From Candidatus Iainarchaeum sp. (lineage in GTDB: Archaea > Iainarchaeota > Iainarchaeia > Iainarchaeales > DTGL01): a DNA stretch of 32,000 nt. The position numbers and the translations under genes are program-made. Below, piece after piece: positions 15,979 to 23,615 of the stretch. Numbering within the stretch: the first letter of the stretch is position 1; every line of letters starts with the position of its first letter. The notes under the pieces were generated by a model. The model searched no databases. It was not told where the DNA came from and was given only the letters and a program-made list of their open reading frames with translations. The DNA is taken from the NCBI GenBank assembly GCA_038736825.1, contig JAVYME010000004.1, positions 13,237 through 45,236 on the forward strand, given 5' to 3'.

Positions 15979-16992
15979 CTATGGTACGAATTCAAACAAT
16001 TCCTTTCTTTTCTCGGTTATTTCGCCTTCCTCTTTTAGAAACTCGCAAATCACTTTTACGAGTTGTTTGTTGAGGTGCAATGCTGTAGATATTTCGTCAG
16101 CAGTTGCAATCGATTTTTTCTTTATGAAGGCAAGCACTTCTGGTGCCTGTTTTTCATACATTTCGGTTTTTATTACAAGGTAATCGCCGTCAAAGGACTT
16201 TATGCCAAGCAATTCTCTTCTCCTTATTTCTTCGTTTTTTTCCTCACATAACTGTTTTGCCTCGTCTTCTGTTGAAATCACTGTGAAGTTGTCTCTTTCA
16301 AGGGAATACGCTGGCTTTGCTTCTTGTGGTTCGACTGCAAGTTTGCTTGCTTGGCTTGATGGTTTATTGAAAGGCTCTTGAATTGTTTTTGCGTTGGTTG
16401 AAGGGAATTCCTGTCTTGTTTTTTCTTTTAGTGATGGCAGAATCATTGGTTTTATCGGGATTTTTTCTTCGCTGTCCCAGTCTTTTTCAATTCTTTTTTC
16501 GGTTTGTGCTTGCATTGCCTGGCTTTTCAGTGATTCTTTTGCTTCTGTTTCTGTTTTTTGTGGCTCTGCTTTCTTTGAAGGCATTGCAGTGCCAACAGCG
16601 CTTTTCACTTTTTCAGCTTCAAATGGTTCCGGTCTTGCCAGTTCCACTTCTTCTTTTGTTTTGTAAACAGCTTTTCTGTACTGGTCGCTCAAGCGGAATG
16701 GAATGATTTTTCCTTCTTTTATTAGTTCTTTCAATCTTTCCCTTTCCTCGCTGGATAAAAACTCTTCAAATTTGCCTTCAACCCTTTCAGAAAGCTTTTT
16801 TTCCGCTAAAAGGGCAAAAATTGCTTTGTCCAATTCAGCTGGGCTTTTTTGCCTTGTTGTTTCAACAAGCACGAAAATGCCGTCTCTTGCTTTTAAAACC
16901 TCGTACTTTTTTCCCTTGGAAAAGCCGAGGGCTTCCGCCTGCTCGTCTGGAATCATAAAGGCTGGAACGCCGGTTTTTTCAATCAAAACCAT
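15979..16992 (-). CDS. hypothetical protein: globular ends (C-terminal winged-helix-like) separated by a K/E/P-rich linker
   Basis: 337 aa from ATG 16992. The C-terminus (SIATADEISTALHLNKQLVKVICEFLKEEGEI) looks wHTH-like. The central 150 aa are low complexity. Confidence 0.55.
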   Translation of the reverse strand: MVLIEKTGVPAFMIPDEQAEALGFSKGKKYEVLKARDGIFVLVETTRQKSPAELDKAIFALLAEKKLSERVEGKFEEFLSSEERERLKELIKEGKIIPFRLSDQYRKAVYKTKEEVELARPEPFEAEKVKSAVGTAMPSKKAEPQKTETEAKESLKSQAMQAQTEKRIEKDWDSEEKIPIKPMILPSLKEKTRQEFPSTNAKTIQEPFNKPSSQASKLAVEPQEAKPAYSLERDNFTVISTEDEAKQLCEEKNEEIRRRELLGIKSFDGDYLVIKTEMYEKQAPEVLAFIKKKSIATADEISTALHLNKQLVKVICEFLKEEGEITEKRKELFEFVP

Positions 16993-17106
16993 TCAAACCA
17001 CAGATTATAGAAAGGGGAAAGGGTTAATATTGTTTTTGGGGGCAAGCTCAATCCAAGGCACTGGCAAAAAAGTTTTTTTTCTTTTGACAGAAGACTTTTT
17101 TGAAAT

Positions 17107-17116
17107 AAAAAAAAAA
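17107..17116 (-). terminator. T10 tract 7 nt downstream of the tRNA-Ala 3' end
   Basis: A10 on the + strand at 17107-17116 reads as T10 on the tRNA strand. Oligo-T is the archaeal termination signal. Confidence 0.5.
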
Positions 17117-17123
17117 GCAGGAT

Positions 17124-17252
17124 TGGACCCAGCGGGAGTCGAACCCGCGGCCTCAGCCTGTTTCGAGCCCTTTCGAGTTTGTTTTTGCGAGCTCTTTCTT
17201 TTTTAAAGAAAGGCTCTGCGAAGGCTGCGTCATACCACTAGACTATGGGCCC
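17124..17252 (-). tRNA. tRNA-Ala (anticodon CGC) with a 57-nt intron at the canonical 37/38 position
   Basis: Sequence on the tRNA strand: GGGCCCA-TA-GTCTAGTGGTATGAC-G-CAGCC-TTCGCA | intron | A-GGCTG-AGGCC-GCGGG-TTCGACT-CCCGC-TGGGTCC-A. The G3:U70 wobble and A73 are the Ala identity elements. The BHB is perfect: stems CAGCC/GGCTG, central 4-bp helix TTCG/CGAA, 3-nt bulges CAG and ACA, outer helix AGCC/GGCT. CCA is not encoded. Confidence 0.92.
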
Positions 17253-17349
17253 TTCTATAGTATGGGTTTGTGGAAAGGTTTAATTGGCTTTTCTAAAGGC
17301 TTTTGTTTTAAGGTGTTCAGGCAATTAGTTGAATGTTTTTTGACTTTTT

Positions 17350-17802
17350 TTAAACCTGTTTTTGGAATATTTTTTTGATTTCCGAGCCAAGGCTTAGCGC
17401 TTTAACATAGTTTTCTTGTTCTATTGCTGTTTTGAGTTCGCTTATTTTTTGCACAACTTCAGGCATTTCTTTTGAGGCGCACAGCGAGCTTAGTTCTGTC
17501 AGTTTTGAAAGAGCGGTTTGCTTGTTTCCGCTTGCAATGGCTTTTTCTGCTTCGTCCATGAGGTTGAGCATTTCTTGGGTTGGCGTGTAATGCACCAAGG
17601 GCTGGGGGTTGCCGGTTATTGCACTCAAATCGCCGGCAAGCAGGGTGTTGACAAGGCTTGCACAGGAAAGATTTTTTGGGTTGATTGAATTGAAAAAGTT
17701 TATCAGGGTTAAGGCAGCCAGTATTAGCACTATCAAGAAGATTATTATTAGCGCGTCCCTTATTATTGCAAAAACGCTTTTTATTTTTTCAAGTCTTTCC
17801 AT
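17350..17802 (-). CDS. hypothetical single-pass membrane protein
   Basis: I prefer ATG 17802 (MERLEKIKSVF...), 5 nt after the ppa stop, because the track's longer start overlaps ppa by 83 nt. It has one TM helix (IIIFLIVLILAALTLINFF) followed by a helical domain. Confidence 0.5.
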   Translation of the reverse strand: MERLEKIKSVFAIIRDALIIIFLIVLILAALTLINFFNSINPKNLSCASLVNTLLAGDLSAITGNPQPLVHYTPTQEMLNLMDEAEKAIASGNKQTALSKLTELSSLCASKEMPEVVQKISELKTAIEQENYVKALSLGSEIKKIFQKQV

Positions 17803-17806
17803 AATT

Positions 17807-18340
17807 TCACTTTTTTTGTTTTTTTTGCTTGTAGCGTTTTGCACAGGTTTTAATGCAGGCAAGGGCTTTTTCTCTGCCTCCAAAGCCAAGCACTTTTACC
17901 CATTTTTTTGGCTCTAATTCCTTGTATGTGCCAAAAAAGTGCGCTATTCTTTTCAGCACGGCACTGTCAAGGTCTGAAAGGTCTTTTATTTTGCTGAAGG
18001 CAGCATCAATTCTTTCAACCGGCACTGCCAAGATTTTGTTATCTGTGCCGTTTTCGTCTTTTGTTCTTAGAATTCCAATTGGTTGCACTTCTACAAGGCA
18101 TCCCGGCACCACTGGTTCATCGTTTATTACAAGCACATCCAGTGGATCCTTGTCGTTTTCAAGTGTTTCTGGAATGAAGCCATAATTGTATGGGTATCTT
18201 GTTGCTGTGAACAAAAACCTGTTTACCTTGATCATGCCTGTTTTCTTGTGCACTTCATATTTTACCCCGCTGTTCTTTGGAATTTCTATTACTGCATTTA
18301 CTTGAAAGGGGGCTTTTTTTCCTATATTGAGTTCTTTCAT
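17807..18340 (-). CDS. ppa: inorganic pyrophosphatase (family I)
   Basis: 177 aa. The motifs VIEIPKNSGVKYEV, YPYNYGFIPETL and DKDPLDVLV are family I PPase signatures. Confidence 0.92.
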   Translation of the reverse strand: MKELNIGKKAPFQVNAVIEIPKNSGVKYEVHKKTGMIKVNRFLFTATRYPYNYGFIPETLENDKDPLDVLVINDEPVVPGCLVEVQPIGILRTKDENGTDNKILAVPVERIDAAFSKIKDLSDLDSAVLKRIAHFFGTYKELEPKKWVKVLGFGGREKALACIKTCAKRYKQKKQKK

Positions 18341-18640
18341 GCAATCACTTTTTGTTTTTCAAGAGAATAATATTGTTTTCACTGCTTAATATAGTTTTGC
18401 CCAAAAGCATTTAGGCTTCAAGCAACTTTAAGAGAGCCTCTAAAGAAAAAAACAAAGCAATAAATGCAAGCAGGCTTTATTTGGAAAAAACAACTGTTAT
18501 TTAAAAAGCAAGCGTTTTTTTGGGAACCAAAAACAACAACAATTTTATATAGTGAAAGGCTAAGTATTATACTGCTGTTTTGTTTTAAGGTGAAGTTTTT
18601 GGCAAAGGAAAAGGTTGTGGAAAGCCGCCTGGAAAAAGAA

Positions 18641-21568
18641 ATGGGCGACGAGTTTGATGAAATATTTGGCCTTGAAGAGGACAAAAAAAAGGCTCGCGAG
18701 CGCATAAAAAAGCTTGTGGAAGAGGAAAAGGAAAAGGCAGCCAAAAAGGAATCCCTGCCAGAGGAAAACAAAAAAAAGCCTGAAAAAGAGCCAGTGATTG
18801 AAAAAAGCGCTGAAACCACCAAACAACCTGAAAAAACAAAAAAAGCAAAAGAAGAAAAAAAGATTGAGCCAAAAAAAGCCAAGCAAACAGAGGTTGAAGC
18901 AAAAGAAAGCGAAAAAGATTCAAAAGAAAAGCCAAAAACTGAAAAAAAGCAAGAGCCAAAAAAGCCTTCTTCAAAAAAGGCAAAAGAAGTGCTGGAAGAA
19001 GATGATCTCTCAGACGGCGGCTCTCAAGATTTTTTTGAAGAAAGCAAGGGCGAGCCATCCAAAAGCGCTTTTGCAGAAATCGTTGAACCTGCAGCTGACA
19101 CAATCTATCCCCCGCTTTCCTTTTTAAACGATGGCAAAAAATCCGTTTTGATTGGCAGAAAAAAATCTGTTTTTGAAAAATACGGTTTTGAGGGCGCCCT
19201 CCACATAGGCAGAATCGCCGAACAAGAGTTTTCAGGCAACGAAGTGTTCCTTGACAGCTTGAACCCGCATGTTGTTTTTGTTTGCGGTGCAAGAGGCTCT
19301 GGAAAAAGCTATGCTTTGGGCATAATGGCTGAAGAACTGGCTTTAAAAAACAAGAACGTCGGCATAATAGTCATAGACCCAGTAGGGGTTTTTTGGAGCA
19401 TGCGATTTCCCAACCGCGAGGAAAAAGAAATAGAATCCTTAAAAGAATGGGGGTTGAAGCCCAAAGGCTTGGAAAACCTTATGGTTTTCATTCCAAAAGG
19501 AATGGAAAAGGAAACCCCAAGGGAAACATATGATGCAACCTTTTCCATCAGGCCCTCACTGCTTACTGCAACCGATTGGTGCCTTACATTTGGCATAGAC
19601 AAGTTTTCGCCAACCGGGCTTTTGCTGGAGCAAGCAATGGAAAAAGTAAAAACCGGTTATACTACAATTGAAGGGGAAAAAATCAAGGCAAAAGGAAAAG
19701 ATTACAGCATAGAGGACATTGTTGCCTGCCTTGAAAAAGACACAGACCTAAATTCAGGGGACACTGGCTATAAAAAGGACTCCATTAGAGCGCTTGTTTC
19801 AAGGTTTGCTGGAGCAAAAGCATGGGGCATTTTTGATTCAACTGGAACCCCGCTAACAGAATTAAGCCGTGAAAACCAGTTAACAGTAATTGACACCTCC
19901 TTTCTCGACGACAACGTCACTGCACTAGTGATTGGAATACTTGCCAGAAGGATTCTTGCAGCAAGAAAGGTTTCAACAAGAAAAGAGGCAGCAAAAAGAA
20001 TGGAAGTGGAAAAGGAAAGCAAACTCCTTGAATTCGAGATTCCGCCCACCTGGCTTTTCATTGACGAAGCCCACTTGCTGATTCCAAGTGGAAACATGAA
20101 AACCCCTGCAACAGAAGGCTTGCTGGAATACGTAAAACAGGGAAGAAGGCCTGGTTGCTCGCTCGTGTTTGCAACACAACAGCCTTCAGCAATAGACTCG
20201 CGCGTTTTAAGCCAGCTCGACATTATAATGACCCACAAGCTTGTCTTCAATGATGACATAAAGGCTGTTTACAAGAGAACACCGGCAATAATTCCCCACA
20301 AATACAAAGCAGGCGCTTTCATAAAAACCCTGCCGGTTGGCACTGCACTTACCGGTGACAGGCGAGAGGAAACCAGTAGAGCCTTCCTTTTAAAATTCAG
20401 GCCCAGAATGAGCCAGCACGAGGGAAGAGAAGCAGAAACCATTGAAGTGAAAAAAACATTGGACAACGAGGCAGTGCAAAGACTTATTGCCGGAATGTAC
20501 CTTAACAGGCTGAAAAGAGACAATTACTTTAAAGTGAAAGAACTGGAAAGAATACTGGATTCAATGAACAAAAAATATAGTGCCAGTGTTGCACTAGAAG
20601 ACATAATAAAAGAATTGAAAAAAAATGGCGCGCTTTTCAAGGAAAAAGAAGGCATTATTGAACTGCCAGTGGAAAAAGAAAAACCGGAAAGCCCAGAGGA
20701 AAGAGAAGAAGAAATCGAAGAAGCCGAAATGGAAAAAGAACCAGAACCAAAAGAAATAGAACAATTAAAAGAAAAAGAAATGCTAAAGGAAGCCGAAAGC
20801 CTTGCAAAAAAAGCAAAAACAGAAGAAGAACCAGCGCCAGTAAGCCTTCTTGCATTCAGCCAAAAAATCAGTGAAGAAAAAGCAAGAGACATCATAAAAA
20901 AGAAAAAGTTCGGGTTCTTGGGATTGCTTGGAAAAAGCCACAGAATAAGCGATTTGCGCTTAAAACACATTACGGTTTTCAAGGTAAAATTCAATTATTT
21001 CAATGAAAAAAACGCTTTCCGGCCGGGCACCCTGTTTGTGAACTCGCAAAGCGGTGAATTCTTGCACTACAAAGACAACAAGTTTGTTGAATCAACAGGT
21101 TTGAAAAGGCTTTACGGGCTCAGTGCAGAAGAAATAAGCGTTTTAAACGTTATTTCAACTCCAAAAACAGCAAAAGAGATAAGCAGGCAGGCTCACATGG
21201 AAGAACCAAAAACCCTGCAAACCCTAAAAAAACTGGTTGAAAAAGGACTGGCAAAACCGAAAAAAGTAAAAGAAAAGCAAGCCTTTGCACTAGCAACAGA
21301 GTTTGAGCTTCCGTTTAGCCCATTGCACCCCTTGCATGACTCCATAAAAGAAATTCCATTAGTGGAAAGCGAAGTGCTCTCAAAAGAAGAAGAACATTAC
21401 TCAAAAAAGGATGTCTCTGAATTATTGAAAAAAATCTGGAAAAAAATTGTAGTGACAAGCATTGAAGAAATATACTGGCCTGCCTATGAAGGCATAATAG
21501 AAGACAGGTATGGCAAAAAAAGCCGCGTTCTAGTTGATGCAGTAACCGGAAAAATTTTGGCTTTTTGA
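18641..21568 (+). CDS. HerA/DUF87-type (FtsK-HerA superfamily) P-loop ATPase with a K/E-rich N-terminal region and a roughly 350-aa C-terminal extension
   Basis: Walker A VCGARGSGKS is at nt 19286-19309. Walker B WLFIDEAH is at about 20051-20074. RRPGCSLVFATQQPSAIDSRVLSQLDIIMTHKL is a HerA-like sensor/arginine-finger region. The start is uncertain: ATG 18641, GTG 18590, or the track's ATG 18464. A TATA-like TTTATATA at 18544-18551 argues against 18464. Confidence 0.8.
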   Translation: MGDEFDEIFGLEEDKKKARERIKKLVEEEKEKAAKKESLPEENKKKPEKEPVIEKSAETTKQPEKTKKAKEEKKIEPKKAKQTEVEAKESEKDSKEKPKTEKKQEPKKPSSKKAKEVLEEDDLSDGGSQDFFEESKGEPSKSAFAEIVEPAADTIYPPLSFLNDGKKSVLIGRKKSVFEKYGFEGALHIGRIAEQEFSGNEVFLDSLNPHVVFVCGARGSGKSYALGIMAEELALKNKNVGIIVIDPVGVFWSMRFPNREEKEIESLKEWGLKPKGLENLMVFIPKGMEKETPRETYDATFSIRPSLLTATDWCLTFGIDKFSPTGLLLEQAMEKVKTGYTTIEGEKIKAKGKDYSIEDIVACLEKDTDLNSGDTGYKKDSIRALVSRFAGAKAWGIFDSTGTPLTELSRENQLTVIDTSFLDDNVTALVIGILARRILAARKVSTRKEAAKRMEVEKESKLLEFEIPPTWLFIDEAHLLIPSGNMKTPATEGLLEYVKQGRRPGCSLVFATQQPSAIDSRVLSQLDIIMTHKLVFNDDIKAVYKRTPAIIPHKYKAGAFIKTLPVGTALTGDRREETSRAFLLKFRPRMSQHEGREAETIEVKKTLDNEAVQRLIAGMYLNRLKRDNYFKVKELERILDSMNKKYSASVALEDIIKELKKNGALFKEKEGIIELPVEKEKPESPEEREEEIEEAEMEKEPEPKEIEQLKEKEMLKEAESLAKKAKTEEEPAPVSLLAFSQKISEEKARDIIKKKKFGFLGLLGKSHRISDLRLKHITVFKVKFNYFNEKNAFRPGTLFVNSQSGEFLHYKDNKFVESTGLKRLYGLSAEEISVLNVISTPKTAKEISRQAHMEEPKTLQTLKKLVEKGLAKPKKVKEKQAFALATEFELPFSPLHPLHDSIKEIPLVESEVLSKEEEHYSKKDVSELLKKIWKKIVVTSIEEIYWPAYEGIIEDRYGKKSRVLVDAVTGKILAF

Positions 21569-21611
21569 ATTGACATTGTCACAAACACGGTTGATGTTAA
21601 AAAAATACTGG

Positions 21612-22244
21612 CTAGTGTTTTGGCTGCCTTGCTCCTTCCTTTAAATTTTTTTTAACGAATTCGCTGGGTTCCACAAAACAGTTCTTTCCAATTATGATGC
21701 CGCAATTGATTGAGGCATTGATGCCGATTTTGGAGCCACTGTTAATGAGAGCGCCCAGTTTTCTCCTGCCAGAATCAATTTTTTTGCCTTTGACTGAGAC
21801 TTTCACGTTTTTATTGTCAAACCGCAGGTTTGCGATTTTTGCGCCAGCCCCAAAATTCACATTCTCTCCGATAATTGAATCGCCAACATAAGAATAGTGG
21901 GGCACATTGGAATTGTTCAAAATAATGGAATTCTTTATTTCGGAATTGGAAACATGACAGTTTTCTCCGATTATCACGTTTTTGCGCAGGAAAGCGTTTG
22001 GGCCAACAATTGAGTTTCTGCCAATATATGCGTTTCCTTCAATTCTTGTGCCGGTTTTCACTATTGCACCTTCTGCAACCTCCAGGTTTCCGTCAACATG
22101 CACGTTTTCCTCTACAATGCCTTTTCTGGAATTTGAAATTGTTTCCCCGCTTCTTTCAAGTTCTTCCAGCAAATGCCACCATTCAAATTCTTTTCTTGAA
22201 TCCAGTTCTTTTTTCACAAAGGCAAGGAATTCTCTTGGATTCAT
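21612..22244 (-). CDS. hexapeptide-repeat (left-handed beta-helix) acyl/acetyltransferase, GlmU C-terminal-domain-like
   Basis: 210 aa. Repeated [LIV]-G-x4 hexapeptides run throughout (IGRNSIVGPNAFL, IGENCHVSNSEI, IGENVNFGAGAKI, IGINASINCGIIIG). A 4-nt overlap links it to glmM. No nucleotidyltransferase domain is present. Confidence 0.75.
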   Translation of the reverse strand: MNPREFLAFVKKELDSRKEFEWWHLLEELERSGETISNSRKGIVEENVHVDGNLEVAEGAIVKTGTRIEGNAYIGRNSIVGPNAFLRKNVIIGENCHVSNSEIKNSIILNNSNVPHYSYVGDSIIGENVNFGAGAKIANLRFDNKNVKVSVKGKKIDSGRRKLGALINSGSKIGINASINCGIIIGKNCFVEPSEFVKKNLKEGARQPKH

Positions 22245-23593
22245 TTTCCCACCTCTTTTTTGATTTCCAAAGCAATTTTTTTTGCAATCCTTTTCACTTT
22301 TTTTATGTCTTTTGCTTCAACCATGACTCGCGCCTTGTTTTCCGTTCCAGAATAGCGCACAAGAATGCGCCCGTTTCTGCCAAGCTCTTTTTTTGCGTTT
22401 TCCATTGCTTTTTTAACAGAAGGCATTTCCTCGAAAGGCTTTTTCTCTCGCACTTCTATGTTTACTAGTTCTTGCGGGAATTTTTCCATTATTGAAGCAA
22501 GCTCTGATAATTTTTTTCCGGTTTCTTTCATTATTCTTGCAATTTGGAGAGCGCAAACAATGCCGTCACCTGTTGAACTGTATTCCCTGAAAATTATGTG
22601 GCCTGATTGTTCTCCGCCAAGCTCAAAATTTCCCTTTCTCAGTTCTTCAATGACATATTTGTCGCCAACGCTTGCCTTTACAACTTTAATGCCGAGCTTT
22701 TTCATTGCTTTTTCAAAGCCCATGTTGCTCATGACGGTTGCCACAACTGTTTTTGAGGAAAGCCTGCCTTTTTTTAACAAATCTGAGGCAAAGATTGCCA
22801 TTAAGAAATCGCCGTCAACTATTTTGCTGTTTTCATCGCAAACTATGACTCGGTCTGCATCCCCATCCAAAGCAATTCCAATGTCGGCTTTGCTTTCTTT
22901 CACTGCTTTTTGAATTATTTCTGGGTGCAATGCTCCACAGCCACGGTTTATGTTGTGGCCGTCTGGTTTGTCGTTTAACACTATGGTTTGAGCGCCAAGC
23001 TCTGAGAAAACCTCGGGCGCAATATGGTATGCTGCACCATTAGCGCAGTCAAGCACTATTTTAAGGCCTGAAAGCGGAATATTGGAAACCGAGTTTTTTG
23101 CAAATTCAATGTATCTGCCCTTTGCGTCTTCAATCCTATAAGCTTTGCCAATCGAGTTCGGTGAAGCGCTCGAATTCAGTTCTTTTGAAAGCACAAGCAA
23201 TTCTATTTCTTCTTCTGCTTTTTCGCTGAGCTTGAATCCCTGGGTGTCAAAAATTTTTATGCCGTTGTCTTCGCTGGGATTGTGGGAGGCACTGATTACT
23301 ATGCCAGCATCACAGTTCATTGACTTGGTTAAATGGGAAATTGCCGGTGTCGGCATTGGCCCTACAAGGAAAACATCTACACCCATTGAAACGATTCCGC
23401 TGGTAAGCGCGGTTTCAAGCATGTAACCGCTAAGCCTTGTGTCCTTGCCTATCACAATGCGGTGTTTTTCCCTTGAATTTTTTTTCTGAAAATAGAGTGC
23501 AACGGCTTTTCCAACCCTTAAAGCGGTTTCTGGAGTCATGGGAAAAACATTTGCTTTTCCCCTGATTCCGTCTGTTCCAAAAACTTTTCCCAT
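22241..23593 (-). CDS. glmM: phosphoglucosamine mutase
   Basis: 450 aa. The N-terminus is MGKVFGTDGIRGKAN. The phosphoserine loop is ISASHNPSEDNGIK. GGEQSGH is also present. Confidence 0.9.
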   Translation of the reverse strand: MGKVFGTDGIRGKANVFPMTPETALRVGKAVALYFQKKNSREKHRIVIGKDTRLSGYMLETALTSGIVSMGVDVFLVGPMPTPAISHLTKSMNCDAGIVISASHNPSEDNGIKIFDTQGFKLSEKAEEEIELLVLSKELNSSASPNSIGKAYRIEDAKGRYIEFAKNSVSNIPLSGLKIVLDCANGAAYHIAPEVFSELGAQTIVLNDKPDGHNINRGCGALHPEIIQKAVKESKADIGIALDGDADRVIVCDENSKIVDGDFLMAIFASDLLKKGRLSSKTVVATVMSNMGFEKAMKKLGIKVVKASVGDKYVIEELRKGNFELGGEQSGHIIFREYSSTGDGIVCALQIARIMKETGKKLSELASIMEKFPQELVNIEVREKKPFEEMPSVKKAMENAKKELGRNGRILVRYSGTENKARVMVEAKDIKKVKRIAKKIALEIKKEVGK

Positions 23594-23615
23594 GCAACAA
23601 CACCAATTGCAAATC

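Noticed and set aside
16703-17206. 167-aa plus-strand ORF spanning the end of the 15979-16992 gene and running into the tRNA
   Set aside because: It is antisense to a better-supported coding sequence and overlaps the tRNA-Ala gene. Its product is S/F-rich low complexity.
17000-17400. tRNA-Ala as an integration site for a mobile element or genomic island
   Set aside because: No integrase or recombinase gene flanks it, and I saw no duplicated copy of the tRNA 3' end nearby. The neighbouring genes are housekeeping genes (ppa) or ordinary hypotheticals.
18418-20994. Minus-strand ORFs 18418-18882, 18560-18886, 18585-19292, 19768-20259 and 20524-20994, antisense to the HerA-like gene
   Set aside because: This is the same antisense artefact of K/E-rich coding. 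The products are F/S/L-rich nonsense, while the sense frame carries Walker A/B motifs.
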